From assembly GCA_963707215.1 (NCBI GenBank), contig CAVPPB010000003.1:1280001-1344000 (forward strand): 64,000 bases of DNA, in the 5' to 3' direction. This document shows, one piece after another, positions 9,805 to 20,381 of the stretch. A program made the translations under genes and the position numbers. The first letter of the stretch is position 1; each line of letters opens with the position of its first letter. Origin of the DNA: an uncultured Chloroflexia bacterium (lineage in GTDB: Bacteria > Chloroflexota > Limnocylindria > Limnocylindrales > CSP1-4). The notes under the pieces are model-generated. The model searched no databases, was not told the DNA's origin, and saw only the letters and a program-made list of their open reading frames with translations.

Positions 9805-11034
9805 CTACCCGACAGAGATGCTGCGACCGGTCGTGCCCGAGACCCGGTCGCGGCCCGATCGCTTGGACGCGTACATGGCCTGGTCGGCCGCGATCAGGAG
9901 GGCGTCGGCCGACGCTCCATCGTCCGGGTAGGCCACGATGCCGATGCTGACGGAGGGTCGGATCGGCCCCTCGGGCGACTCGATGAGCCCCTCCCCGACC
10001 CCCTGGCGGATCTTCTCGGCCAGGACGAAGGCCCCGGTCGGGTCGGTCTCCGGACAGAGCACCGCGAACTCATCGCCGCCGTAGCGGGCGGGCGTGTCGA
10101 TCTTCCGGACCCCGACCCGGATCACGTCTCCGACCCGCCGCAGGAGGCGGTCACCGACGTGGTGTCCGAAGCGGTCGTTGACCGGCTTCAGGCCGTCGAC
10201 GTCCATGAGGAGCAGGCAGAAGCCGCGTCCCGACCGGCTGCTGCGGGCGATCTCGCGCTCGACGGCCGCGAAGACGAACGGGCGGTTGAAGAGGCCCGTC
10301 AGCGAGTCGACCGTCGAGGCCCGGATGGCGGCCTCGCGTGAGCGGCGCTGCTCGCGGCCCACGATCAGGGCGATGTAGGCGATGAGGACCATCGCGGTGA
10401 GGTTGACCGTCACCGTGATCACCTGGGCCTCGTCGAGCGGCGGACCGCCGACCGGCAGCACGATGACCAGGACGTAGGCGAGGCTGGCGAAGGCGGTCAG
10501 GGCGACCGCGGCGGGAGCGCTGGCGACCAGCGAAGCCCCCGCGACGACCAGGGGGAAAGTGAAGAAGAACGGGCTGACCGCCTGACCCGTGAGCAGGACC
10601 AGGGCGCCCGCGACCGTGATGGCGATGCTGCCCTCGACGATGGGGCGGACCGGGCCCAGCGCTTCCGGCGGGAAGATGTCATGGATGAGGACGACCGCGA
10701 GCGCTGCCAGGAGGACCACCACGAGGATCGCCGCCTGGGTCTCCGGCCAGGCACCGCTCACCACGACGATCGCCGCAACGGCGATCAGGTAGGTCCAGGA
10801 GGCGATCCGGACGATCCGGTCGTAGGTCCCCGGCTCATCCTCGCCAGGTACCACCGCGGCCTCCGGCCGGCCGGCCATGGCGGCGAGCCGGACGAGCCCC
10901 GAGGCCGTCCCGGGTCGATCCGCGTCGCCTGCGGCACGCCCCCGGAGCAGCGGCGGCAGGATCGCCAGGGCCAGCAGGACGAGGTTGGCCAGCACGGCCA
11001 CCACGACCAGGGCCAGGACGGGCTCGACGGGCAC
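9805..11034 (-). CDS. Membrane-anchored diguanylate cyclase (start approximate)
   Basis: DSLTGLFNR, NDRFGHHVGD, RKID I-site and ARYGGDEF; N-terminal TMs. Confidence 0.9.
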   Translation of the reverse strand: MPVEPVLALVVVAVLANLVLLALAILPPLLRGRAAGDADRPGTASGLVRLAAMAGRPEAAVVPGEDEPGTYDRIVRIASWTYLIAVAAIVVVSGAWPETQAAILVVVLLAALAVVLIHDIFPPEALGPVRPIVEGSIAITVAGALVLLTGQAVSPFFFTFPLVVAGASLVASAPAAVALTAFASLAYVLVIVLPVGGPPLDEAQVITVTVNLTAMVLIAYIALIVGREQRRSREAAIRASTVDSLTGLFNRPFVFAAVEREIARSSRSGRGFCLLLMDVDGLKPVNDRFGHHVGDRLLRRVGDVIRVGVRKIDTPARYGGDEFAVLCPETDPTGAFVLAEKIRQGVGEGLIESPEGPIRPSVSIGIVAYPDDGASADALLIAADQAMYASKRSGRDRVSGTTGRSISVG

Positions 11035-11205
11035 GATCGGGCATCCTCCGGGCACATGCATCCTGGGCACGGGATGCCGGCCCATGGTAGACGGCGCCAG
11101 CGGAGCGGACGAGGGTCCGACGGCCCCGACGGTGCGCCCTGGCAACGGCGAACGGCGCCTGGTCGGCCTGTCGACGAGGCGGGTCGACGGCGCCGCCGCG
11201 ACGCG

Positions 11206-11760
11206 TCAGTCGGTGGAGGGGATGTCGACCGGGTCCGAGGAGGACTGCCCGAGGGGTCCGAGCAGTGGGTCGAGGACCTCGACGATCCACTCGGCGGCGG
11301 CCTTGAACCGCTCCTCCGCCCGGCCGGGCGTCTCGGCCGTCCGGGACGGACCGTAGCCGATCAGGATGTTCAAGCCGACGAACGTGTAGGGCGGCTCGCC
11401 GGCAGCCGGTGGGGCGCCGTCGACGAACCCCGTGGAGGCCAGGAGCGCCGGCGAACTGCTGTAGCCGGCAAGGACGAGCGGCCAGCCCTCGAGGGTCGCG
11501 TTGATCCGCTTGACGGGCTCGCCCGACGGATCGCTGCCGGCGTTGTTGGGGACGACCCGCAGGCCGGCAGCCGTCAGGGCCCGAAAGATGTCGTCGACCG
11601 CGACAGGCTCGGTCAGGTGGGGATCCGGGGTCGGCGTGGGACGCCGGTCGGGGGTCGGCGTCGGCGACGGGGCCGCTTCGGCGCCGCAGCCCACGACGAG
11701 CACGACGACGACCAGGGTGGCCGCCGCGCGGAGCACGCCAGATCGCATCCACCCCCGCAT
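11206..11760 (-). CDS. Putative lipoprotein
   Basis: Signal peptide with lipobox VVGC followed by a Pro/Thr-rich linker. Confidence 0.6.
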   Translation of the reverse strand: MRGWMRSGVLRAAATLVVVVLVVGCGAEAAPSPTPTPDRRPTPTPDPHLTEPVAVDDIFRALTAAGLRVVPNNAGSDPSGEPVKRINATLEGWPLVLAGYSSSPALLASTGFVDGAPPAAGEPPYTFVGLNILIGYGPSRTAETPGRAEERFKAAAEWIVEVLDPLLGPLGQSSSDPVDIPSTD

Positions 11761-11831
11761 GGCGGGGCGATGCTAGCACGCACCGGTCCGCGTACCGACC
11801 GGTACGAAGCGCCCCCCTGACAGGGGGACCG

Positions 11832-12755
11832 TCAGCCGGCGTCGAGCGCCTCCAGGACCGGGGCCAGGCCCTCGAGCGACGCGGCCGTGATCGGATCGAC
11901 GACGAGCTGGACGTGCCCGATGCCGGCGGCTGCATAGGCGCGAAGCGTGCCTGCGACCTCGTCGGCCGAGCCTTCGAGGGCCGGGGTCGAGCGCTTGGTG
12001 TCCCCCATGATCCGCCCCGAGCCACCCGGCATCCGGACCAGCACGGCCACCGTTCGCTCGATCTCGGCCGGGTCGCGGCCCACCTCCCAGCAGGCGGCAT
12101 CGACCCGCTCGCGGAGCGGTCCCACGCCATCTGGCGAGTTGCCCGTGTCCGCGAACCAGGCGTTCCATGCGTCGGCGTGGGGCATCGTGATCCGCAGCAT
12201 CCGCTCGCCGCTGGAGCCGATCAGGAGGGGCGGCCCACCGGGGCGGGCTGGGCGCGGCAGAAGCTCGCAGTCGCGCGCCTGGTAGTACGCCCCATCGAAG
12301 TCGATCGAGCCTTCCCTCAGGAGCGTCCGGATGATCGTGAAGGCCTCCTCGAAGCGTGATATCCGGTGATCGAATGGGAAGCCGAAGGCTCGGTACTCGG
12401 TCTCGTTCCATCCAGCCCCGAGCCCCAGGATCAACCGGCCACCGGAGATCTCGTCGACGGTCGCCGCCTGCTTGGCCAGCATCGCCGGCGCGTGGAAGCT
12501 CGTCGAGGCGACGAGCGGCCCGAGCGCGATCCGCTCGGTGGCCTGGGCCAGGCCGGCGAGCGTCGTCCACGCCTCCCAGGGCCCGCGGGTCTCGCCGCTG
12601 GCGAAGCGGTAGAGCAGATGGTCACCGACCCAGAGCGAGTCGAAGCCGATCTCCTCGGCCAGGCGGGCCATCGTCCGCAGCTCGGGCCAGCGGACCTCGC
12701 GCTCGACCTCGGGCAGCTGGACCCCGACCTTGAGCGGTCGACCGGATGCCGTCAT
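11832..12755 (-). CDS. LLM-class flavin/F420-dependent oxidoreductase
   Basis: GFDSLWVGDH, LAKQAATVDEISGGRLILGLGAGW; ATG at 12755 with GGAGG. Confidence 0.9.
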   Translation of the reverse strand: MTASGRPLKVGVQLPEVEREVRWPELRTMARLAEEIGFDSLWVGDHLLYRFASGETRGPWEAWTTLAGLAQATERIALGPLVASTSFHAPAMLAKQAATVDEISGGRLILGLGAGWNETEYRAFGFPFDHRISRFEEAFTIIRTLLREGSIDFDGAYYQARDCELLPRPARPGGPPLLIGSSGERMLRITMPHADAWNAWFADTGNSPDGVGPLRERVDAACWEVGRDPAEIERTVAVLVRMPGGSGRIMGDTKRSTPALEGSADEVAGTLRAYAAAGIGHVQLVVDPITAASLEGLAPVLEALDAG

Positions 12756-12891
12756 CGGTGAGCCCTCCTGCTGGATGGACCGGAAGCGTAGCCCGTTCGC
12801 GCTCGCCGCAGCGGCCGCAGTAGCCGCCCGGGCGCGCCTCCGTCTCGACCCGATATGCTTGCCGCCGCAACTAACCACTGGGGAGCCCGAC

Positions 12892-13272
12892 GTGGACGAC
12901 ACCATCCGCCGTGCGCTCGGTCAGAGCAGCGTCATCGACATCACGACGACCGGCCGGAAGACCGGCCAGCCGCGGCGGATCGAGATCTACCTCCACAGCA
13001 TCGACGGCCGGCTGCTGATCAGCGGCATGCCGCGTGCCGACCGCCCGAGGGCCTGGCTTCGAAACCTGGAGGCCGACCCGAACCTCGTCGTCCACCTCAA
13101 GGGGCCGCTGGCCGTGGCCGATGTCGCTGCCACCGCCCGGATCGTCACCGACGATGCCGAGCGTCGGGCCCTCCTGGTCGGCGTGGCCCGCGCCTGGGGC
13201 CGCGACGACATCGAGGCGATGGTCGCCCACAGCCCGCTCATCGAGCTCACGATCCCCGGCCTCCCGGCCTGA
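12892..13272 (+). CDS. Deazaflavin-dependent nitroreductase-family (split-barrel) protein
   Basis: ITTTGRKTGQPRR and WLRNLEADP motifs; GTG after GGGAG. Confidence 0.8.
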   Translation: MDDTIRRALGQSSVIDITTTGRKTGQPRRIEIYLHSIDGRLLISGMPRADRPRAWLRNLEADPNLVVHLKGPLAVADVAATARIVTDDAERRALLVGVARAWGRDDIEAMVAHSPLIELTIPGLPA

Positions 13273-13342
13273 TCCGATCCTCCCGGCCGAGAGGACCAGC
13301 GTGGCGTTGACGGACGGGGCGCCCGGACCCATCATCGGTCGC

Positions 13343-13434
13343 GAAGGGGAGTAGGCCTCCTCCGGCAGATCGACATGCTGGCGCTTCGCGCCCGGTCGCC
13401 GGGTCCACCGACGCGGTGGATGGTCGAGACCTTC
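13343..13434 (+). ncRNA. yybP-ykoY manganese riboswitch
   Basis: GAAGGGGAGUA ... GACAUGCU ... GAGACCUUC landmarks with a GAAGG/CCUUC closing stem; sits directly upstream of a TMEM165/GDT1 gene. Confidence 0.85.
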
Positions 13435-13503
13435 GAGCGGACGAGCCTGGGGGCGTCCGGTCGAGGGCCGTCCCCGATCCGGAGCCCGAGCAACGGAGCC
13501 CGG

Positions 13504-14076
13504 ATGGACGCCTTCCTCCTCTCGACCGGGGTCATCCTGCTGGCCGAGCTCGGCGACAAGAGCCAGCTGATGGCGCTCGCCTTCGCGGCCCGCTATCGGG
13601 CGGTGACGGTCCTGGTCGCCGTGACCCTGGCCACGCTCCTGGTCCACGCCCTCTCGGTCCTCATCGGCCAGACGGCCGCACTCCTCCTGCCGACCGCCCT
13701 GATCAACGTCGTCGCCGGGCTGTCGTTCTTCGGCTTCGCCTGGTGGACGCTCCGCGGCGACCACCTCGGCGAGCGCGAGCGGAATCGGGCGGAGCGGGGC
13801 GGTCGATGGGCGCTCCTGACGATCGGCACGGCGTTCTTCCTCGCCGAGCTGGGCGACAAGACGATGCTGGCCACGGTCTCCCTCGCCACGACCGAGGAGC
13901 CGATCGCCGTCTGGCTCGGGTCGACGCTCGGGATGGTCATCGCCGACGCGATCGCCATCGGTGTCGGGGCGTTCCTCGGCACCCGTCTGCCCGAGCGGGC
14001 CATCGGGATCTTCGCCGCCGGGGCATTCGTCGTCTTCGGCGCGCTGCTGATCGCCGAGGGCCTCGGCCTGATCTAG
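13504..14076 (+). CDS. TMEM165/GDT1 (UPF0016) Mn2+/Ca2+ exporter
   Basis: Two ELGDK(S/T) motifs; six TMs. Confidence 0.93.
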   Translation: MDAFLLSTGVILLAELGDKSQLMALAFAARYRAVTVLVAVTLATLLVHALSVLIGQTAALLLPTALINVVAGLSFFGFAWWTLRGDHLGERERNRAERGGRWALLTIGTAFFLAELGDKTMLATVSLATTEEPIAVWLGSTLGMVIADAIAIGVGAFLGTRLPERAIGIFAAGAFVVFGALLIAEGLGLI

Positions 14077-14133
14077 GCGGCTCGGCGCGGGCGGGGAGCC
14101 CCGCACGCTCTGCGCCGGGTCGCCCGCGACGCG

Positions 14134-16611
14134 TCAGGCCAGGATCCGCCGCCGCTCCGGGTCGTACATCGGCCGCAGCGACGCCCGGGCCGGGTAGCGG
14201 ACACCGGCCACGTCGACCTCGAACCGACCTTCCTCGATCGCCTCGCGCGGGATGCCGGCCGGGTCCTCGACCGCGGCCAGGCCCACGGCGCCACCGAGGG
14301 TGTGCCCGAAGGCGCCGATCCGGACGTAGCCGAACCACTCGCCGTCCCGGAGCAGCGGCTCGCCGCTGTAGAGGATCGGCTCGGGATCCTCGACGAGCAC
14401 CTGGATCAGCCGCCGCGTCGGCGGGCCGTCGGTCCGGGCCGCCAGGAGCGCGTCGCGACCGAGGAACCCACCGGGCTTGTCCCAGGCCACCGTGAAGCCG
14501 ATCCCGACGTCGAGCGGCGAGTCGGTGTTGTCGATGTCGAGGCCGTAGTCGCGATAGGCCTTCTCGAGCCGCAGGCTGCCCATCGCCCCCAGGCCAACGT
14601 TCCGGTAGCCCAGGTCGGCGCCGGCTTCCATGAGGGCGTCGTAGACGGTCAGCGCCAGCTCGGCCGGGACATGGAGCTCCCAGCCCAGCTCGCCGACGTA
14701 CGTCACCCGCATGGCGAGGACCCGGGCGTAGTCGAGGTCGATCTCTCGGGCGGTCAGGTACGGGAACGCCTCGTTCGACAGGTCGGCACTCGTGAGACGC
14801 GAGAGCAGTTCCCGGGACCGCGGGCCCTGGACGGTCATGAGGGTCGTCCCGGACGTCACGTCGGTGACCGTCACGTGAGCGTCCTCGGGCGCGTTGCGCA
14901 GGATCCAGGGCTCGATCCGGCGGTGGATCAGGTCGGTGACGACGACGAGGAAGCGGTCCTCGGCGAGCCGGGTGACCGTCAGGTCCGCCTCGATGCCGCC
15001 CTTCGTGTTGAGCCACGGGGTGTAGACGATCCGCCCGACCGGGCCGGCGACGTCGTTCGCGGAGACCCAGCTCAGCACGCGCTCGGCGTCGCGACCCTGG
15101 ACGATGAACTTCGCCATCAGGGACATGTCGAGCATGCCGACCGCCTCGCGGACGGTCCGGTGCTCGGCGGCCTGGAGCGGGAAGGAGGCGTCGCGGCCCC
15201 AGCCGTGGACGATCTCGGGGTGGCTGCCCGGCTCGGCGAACCACTCCGGGTACTCCCAGCCGGACGAGACCGCGAAGTGCGCCCCGGCATCGGCCAGGCG
15301 ATCGTGGATGACCGACCGGCGCACGTTCCGGGCGCTCTTCGGATGCCAGTTGGGCCAGACCGCGTCGCCGAACAGCACGCCCAGCTGCTCGACCGTCCGG
15401 TCCAGCCGGAAGCGCCGACTCGTCTCGAACGGCTGGGTCCGGTCCAGGGTCAGCCCGGAGACGTCGACGTGAGGCACGCCGTCGACGATCCAATGGGCGA
15501 GGATCTGGCCGACCCCGCCGGAAAGCAGGATGCCAAGCGAGTTCAACCCTGCCGCGACGAAGTAGCCGCCGAGCTCCGGCGCCTCGCCCAGCTGGGGCAT
15601 GACATCGGCGGTGAAGCTCTCCGGCCCGCAGAACATCGTCCGGACACCGGCGTCGCGCAGGGACGGGAAGCGGTCCATCGCCCGCTCCAGGTACGGCCCG
15701 ACGCGGTCCCAGTCCGGCGGCAGGCTGGCGAACGAGATCTCCTTCGGGATGCGGTCGAGCGACCAGGGCCCGGCCACCGGCTCGAACAGGCCGACGAGGA
15801 TCCCGCCGCCCTCCTCGCGGTAGTAGCCGTAGCGGTCGGGGTCCTCGACGATCGGCAGATCCGGGTGAGCCCACTCGACGGTGTCGGTGATGAGGTAGTA
15901 GTGCTCGGCCGCCTGGAGCGGCACCGAGACGCCGGCCATCTCCCCCACCTCGCGGCCCCACATGCCGGCGGCGTTGACGACGTACTCGGTCCGGATCGTC
16001 CCCTGCTCGGTCACGACCCCGGTGACCCGACCACGCGCGGTCGTGAAGCCGGTGACCTCGACCCCCTCGAGGATCCGGGCACCCCCGTTCCGGGCGCCGT
16101 GGGCGTAGGCCATCGTGAGGTCGGCGGGGTTGACCCGGCCCTCGTCGGGCACGTAGAGGACGGCCAGCACGTCGTCGATCCGGGCGGCCGGCCAGAGCTC
16201 GGCGAACTCGGTCGGCGAGAGCTCGTGGTTCTCGACGCCGTAGCCGTGCACGAACGCCGCCTCCCTGCGAAGGGTCTCGAGGCGCTCCGGGGTCGAGGCG
16301 ACGTGGATGTGCCCGATCTCCCGGAAGCCGGTCGCCTGCCCGGTCTCGGACTCGAGCGAGACGCACAGGTCGCGGGTCGTCCGGGTCATCCAGAGGAGCG
16401 TCTCGGAGGCCAGGCCGGCTGACGTGATGAGGCCCGCGGCGTGCCAGGTCGTCCCGCCGGTCAGCTGGCGCCGCTCGAGGAGCACGACGTCGCGCCAGCC
16501 GAGCTTCGTCAGGTGGTAGGCGATGCTGGCCCCGATGACCCCGCCACCCACGATGACGACCTGGGCCTGGTCGGGGATCGTCGCCTCGGTCCGCTGCCTC
16601 GGTCCGGTCAT
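14134..16611 (-). CDS. GcvT-family FAD oxidoreductase (dimethylglycine/sarcosine dehydrogenase-like)
   Basis: IVGGGVIG, GTTWHAAG, GPESFT and a C-terminal GcvT domain (YVGELGWEL, SLRLEKAY). Confidence 0.92.
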   Translation of the reverse strand: MTGPRQRTEATIPDQAQVVIVGGGVIGASIAYHLTKLGWRDVVLLERRQLTGGTTWHAAGLITSAGLASETLLWMTRTTRDLCVSLESETGQATGFREIGHIHVASTPERLETLRREAAFVHGYGVENHELSPTEFAELWPAARIDDVLAVLYVPDEGRVNPADLTMAYAHGARNGGARILEGVEVTGFTTARGRVTGVVTEQGTIRTEYVVNAAGMWGREVGEMAGVSVPLQAAEHYYLITDTVEWAHPDLPIVEDPDRYGYYREEGGGILVGLFEPVAGPWSLDRIPKEISFASLPPDWDRVGPYLERAMDRFPSLRDAGVRTMFCGPESFTADVMPQLGEAPELGGYFVAAGLNSLGILLSGGVGQILAHWIVDGVPHVDVSGLTLDRTQPFETSRRFRLDRTVEQLGVLFGDAVWPNWHPKSARNVRRSVIHDRLADAGAHFAVSSGWEYPEWFAEPGSHPEIVHGWGRDASFPLQAAEHRTVREAVGMLDMSLMAKFIVQGRDAERVLSWVSANDVAGPVGRIVYTPWLNTKGGIEADLTVTRLAEDRFLVVVTDLIHRRIEPWILRNAPEDAHVTVTDVTSGTTLMTVQGPRSRELLSRLTSADLSNEAFPYLTAREIDLDYARVLAMRVTYVGELGWELHVPAELALTVYDALMEAGADLGYRNVGLGAMGSLRLEKAYRDYGLDIDNTDSPLDVGIGFTVAWDKPGGFLGRDALLAARTDGPPTRRLIQVLVEDPEPILYSGEPLLRDGEWFGYVRIGAFGHTLGGAVGLAAVEDPAGIPREAIEEGRFEVDVAGVRYPARASLRPMYDPERRRILA

Positions 16612-16910
16612 GGCCGCCTCCGCCGCTGGTGCGGCCACGGCCCGTCCGGGCGAACCCCCGACCAGGGACCGCGACCCCGCCGCGATGCTAGCCGGGGCTC
16701 GCCTGGCTGCCCTCCTCGGTTCCGCGGGCCGGGCGGACCCTGGTTGCCGGTCACCACGCCGCCACCGTGGACGACAGCGCGGAACAGCGCCCGTCGGCAC
16801 CGCGCGACCGGTGCATCCTGCCGGTCAGGGCGGGGCCCGTCGGCGGAGACCGGGCGGATCGGACCGGATCGGCGACGCGGACGCCGGACCCGCAGCGGAT
16901 CGGAGGTCGC

Positions 16911-18132
16911 ATGGCCCGGAGGACAATCCTCGTCATCGGGACGCTGGACACGAAGGGAGACGAGATCGCCTTCGTCCGCGACCTCATCGCGGCGCGCGGG
17001 CACGTCCCGTTGGTGCTGGACGCGGGCGTCTCGGATCCAGCCTGGGCCCCCGACATCGATGCGGCTCGCGTGGCTGCCGCGGGTGGCGGTGACCTCGGGG
17101 CCCTCCGCGCTGTGCATGACCGAGCGTCCGCGCTCGAGGTCATGTGCCGCGGCGCCCGGGCGGTCGCGCTCGAGCTCCTCGCCGCCGGCCGCATCGACGG
17201 CGTCCTCGGCCTCGGCGGGTCGGGCGGAACGGCCATCGCCACGGCTGCCATGACGGCGCTGCCGGTCGGCTTCCCGAAGGTCATGGTCAGCACGATGGCC
17301 TCGGGCGACGTCTCGAGCTACGTCGACGTCAAGGACGTCACGATGATGTACTCGGTCCTCGACATCGCCGGCCTCAATCGGCTGTCACGACGGATCCTCG
17401 CCAATGCCGCCGGGGCGGTCTGCGGGATGGTCGAGCAGGCCATGCCACCGACCGAGGATCGGCCGCTCGTGGCGGCGACGATGTTCGGCGTTACCACCCC
17501 GTGCGTCACCCGGATCCGCGAGGCCCTCGAGGCGGCCGGCTACGAGGTCCTCGTCTTCCATGCCACCGGCAGCGGCGGCCGGGCGATGGAGGCCCTCATC
17601 GAGGATGGCTTCGTCGTCGCGGTCGCCGACGTGACCACGACCGAGTGGTGCGACGAGGTCATCGGCGGCGTGCTCTCTGCCGGACCGGATCGGCTGGGAG
17701 CCGCCGGCCGCGCCGGGATCCCCCAGGTCGTCTCGGTCGGCGCGGTCGACATGTGCAACTGGGGCCCCATCGACACCGTGCCGGCCCCGTTCCGGGAGCG
17801 GAACCTCTACAAGCACAACCCATCGGTGACGCTGATGCGGACGACGCCGGAGGAGAACGCCGAGGTCGGCCGGATGATCGCGACGAAGCTGAACGCGGCG
17901 ACCGGCCCGACCGCGCTCTACCTCCCGCTGCGGGGCGTCTCGCATGATCGACGCCGAAGGCGGTCCGTTCTGGTCGCCGGAGGCCGACGCCGCCCTGTTC
18001 GAGGCGATCCGCTCGACGGTGGACCGCGACGGGGTGGAGCTCGTCGAGCTCGATCTCCACGTCAACGACCCGGCCTTCGCCGACGCGATGGCCAGCCGGC
18101 TCCTCGAGATGCTCGAGGCCGGCCGGCGATGA
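16911..18132 (+). CDS. Tm-1-like / UPF0261 ATP-binding protein, +1 frameshift at about 17943
   Basis: GTLDTKG, GGSGGT, TMFGVTTPCV, FHATGSGG; the C-terminus (HVNDPAFA) continues in ORF 17944..18132. Confidence 0.85.
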
Positions 18133-18179
18133 CCGCCCGCCCTGCGCGCGTCCCGCGAGCGCGAAAGGAGCGCTGATCG

Positions 18180-19016
18180 ATGCCGTTCATCCCACGCGAG
18201 GAGATCCTCCGCCGCCTCCGCTCGCAGATCGAGGCGGGCGTGCCGATCGTCGGCTGCGGCGCCGGCACCGGGATCTCGGCCAAGATGGCCGAGGCCGGCG
18301 GCGCCGACATGGCGATCGTCTACAACAGCGGCCGCTACCGGATGGCCGGCCGCGGGTCGCTCGCCGGCATGCTCCCCTACGGCGATGCCAACGCGATCGT
18401 CGTCGAGATGGCCGCCGAGGTCCTCCCCGTCGTCCGCGACATGCCGGTCCTCGCCGGGGTCAACGGCACCGACCCGTTCCGGATCATGCCGGTCTTCCTC
18501 CGCCAGCTGCGGGACCTCGGCTTCGATGGCGTCCAGAACTTCCCGACAGTGGGGCTCATCGACGGCGACTTCCGCCGGAATCTCGAGGCGACCGGCATGG
18601 GCTACGACCTCGAGGTCGCCGCGATCCGGGCCGCCCACGAGCTCGACCTGTTCACCTCGCCGTACGTGTTCGACCCCGACCAGGCGGCCGAGATGGCGAG
18701 GGCGGGCGCCGACCAGCTCGTCGCCCACATCGGGCTGACGACCGCGGGGACGATCGGCGCGGGGGTGGCGCTCACCCTCGACGAGGCGATCGAGCGGGTC
18801 ATGGCGATCGCCGAGGCCGGACGAGCGGTCCGTGGCGACATCATCGTCCTCTGCCACGGCGGGCCGCTCGACGAGCCGGACCAAGTCGGCGAGGCGCTGG
18901 CGCGGATGCCCGGCGTCCACGGCTTCTTCGGCGCCTCGAGCATCGAGCGGCTGCCGACGGAACGGGGCATCAGGGGCCAGGTCGAGGACTTCAAGCGCCT
19001 GGCGATCGCGCGGTAG
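18180..19016 (+). CDS. Phosphoenolpyruvate hydrolase-like TIM-barrel protein
   Basis: [32 protein letters not shown] and [12 protein letters not shown] motifs. Confidence 0.9.
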   Translation: MPFIPREEILRRLRSQIEAGVPIVGCGAGTGISAKMAEAGGADMAIVYNSGRYRMAGRGSLAGMLPYGDANAIVVEMAAEVLPVVRDMPVLAGVNGTDPFRIMPVFLRQLRDLGFDGVQNFPTVGLIDGDFRRNLEATGMGYDLEVAAIRAAHELDLFTSPYVFDPDQAAEMARAGADQLVAHIGLTTAGTIGAGVALTLDEAIERVMAIAEAGRAVRGDIIVLCHGGPLDEPDQVGEALARMPGVHGFFGASSIERLPTERGIRGQVEDFKRLAIAR

Positions 19017-19041
19017 GTCGCGCCAAGACCCGGCCGGCGAG

Positions 19042-19118
19042 TGGTCGGGGTGGTGGGATTCGAACCCACGACCTCGTGCTCCCAAAGCACGTGCGCTACC
19101 AGGCTGCGCTACACCCCG
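19042..19118 (-). tRNA. tRNA-Pro (anticodon TGG)
   Basis: 77-nt cloverleaf CGGGGTG...CGTGC-TT-TGG-GA-GCACG...GTTCGAATC...CACCCCG-A-CCA. Confidence 0.97.
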
Positions 19119-19300
19119 CCGGTTCCGTGCTCACGAATACCACAGAACTCGTGCCCACGACCGGCCGCGGCGTCAGACCAGAGGCCGAGGGCCTGGTCGG
19201 CCTGCTGTCGCCCCGGTTCGTCCGATCCACGTCCTCGGCAGGGCAGCTCCTGCCGGATCCGCACGAGGGGAGGTGGTCGCGAACCCCGCCCCGCGGAATC

Positions 19301-19780
19301 CTAGATGCCTCCTGAGGCCGGGACGATCACCTCCTCCTCGCCCGTCCGAACGGGCTCCCTGGCCGCCGCCGAGTGGGCTGCCGTCAAGATCGACTTGGCG
19401 ACCCCGACCTGCACGCTGGCCCCGCTTGCGAGGGTGCTGGACGCCCGCAGGAGGTGGAGGGCCGCGTCGAGGTTCACCTGGCCGCTTGACGCAAGACCGT
19501 CGGAGGTGGACCCCGTATGCCGTTGGACCACGCCGCTGCCGGGCGTCGCGGACGGGGCAGCGGTCTGCGGCTCACGTTGCGCCAGCATCTGCAGGATCGC
19601 CCGATTGCCGGCCGTCCGCTGCAGGTGCTCGATCGTCGCGGGCGTTGCGACGGGCGGCGCGTTGACGGGCGAGCCCGGGGGCAACGAGGTTGCTCGTTCT
19701 CGTTCGACGGGTCGCTTCGTTCTGGCCGCGGTCTGCCGCTGGTCGCCCGTGGGTCCGGCGTGGTCATGTGCTTCTGTCAT
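19301..19780 (-). CDS. Hypothetical protein with LQRTAGNRA / VVQR motifs (eCIS/DUF4157-associated N-terminal signature)
   Basis: ATG at 19780 with GGAGG RBS; motifs visible in the translation. Confidence 0.6.
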   Translation of the reverse strand: MTEAHDHAGPTGDQRQTAARTKRPVERERATSLPPGSPVNAPPVATPATIEHLQRTAGNRAILQMLAQREPQTAAPSATPGSGVVQRHTGSTSDGLASSGQVNLDAALHLLRASSTLASGASVQVGVAKSILTAAHSAAAREPVRTGEEEVIVPASGGI

Positions 19781-19822
19781 CGCGACCTCCGCGAGGCGGG
19801 AGCGACGCGAAACCTGGCAGGT

Positions 19823-19885
19823 CCCGCGCTGCATCGGTCAGGGTGCCGGCCGGAGAACGCCCGAGGCAAGAGGCTTGGGGGCTCA
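19823..19885. repeat. Dispersed 63-bp element, copy 1 (copy 2 at 20473-20535)
   Basis: Ungapped match, 43/63 by eye, including identical CGGTCAGGGTGCCGG. Confidence 0.65.
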
Positions 19886-19937
19886 TGGAGGCGGGATCGG
19901 CCCTTTCGGGCAACTGACGCCTCGATCCCCTGGGGGG

Positions 19938-20381
19938 CTAGGCGTGCGCCGGAACCGTCGCCTCGGCGAGGGCCTTGAAGTCGGCCAGGATCTTGCGATG
20001 GTTCCGCTCGATCCAGCTCGAGCTCACGACCCGCTTGACGAAGCCCGGAAGCTTGGCCGGGAGCTCGTAGTCGGACTCCAAGACGAAGCGGGTCGCCTCG
20101 CCGTCGGACTCGCAGCGGAAGTAGTTCTCCATCGGTCCCGGTTCCATGTGATCGTGGTACAGCCGCAGCGGCTCGAACTCGACGATCGTGACCGTCCACT
20201 TCTGCTCGAAGCCCATCACCCGCGCCGTCTGGACGAACGTCGTCCCGACCTCGTCGATCGGGCCGCTGAACTCAGCGAACTGCACGTGCATCCAGTCTTC
20301 CCAGCGCGATGTGTCCGAGAAGCGCGCCCAGACGTGCTCGACGGGTGCCTCGATCCGGATCTCGTCACGGAAGTGCATCAC
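19938..20381 (-). CDS. SRPBCC (START/polyketide cyclase) family protein
   Basis: IRIEAPVEHVW...W start and an amphipathic C-terminal helix LADFKALAE. Confidence 0.85.
   Translation of the reverse strand: MMHFRDEIRIEAPVEHVWARFSDTSRWEDWMHVQFAEFSGPIDEVGTTFVQTARVMGFEQKWTVTIVEFEPLRLYHDHMEPGPMENYFRCESDGEATRFVLESDYELPAKLPGFVKRVVSSSWIERNHRKILADFKALAEATVPAHA

Noticed and set aside
16612-16910. Glycine riboswitch upstream of the GcvT-family gene
   Set aside because: No GGAGA...CCGAAG...CUCUCAGG signature on the minus strand.
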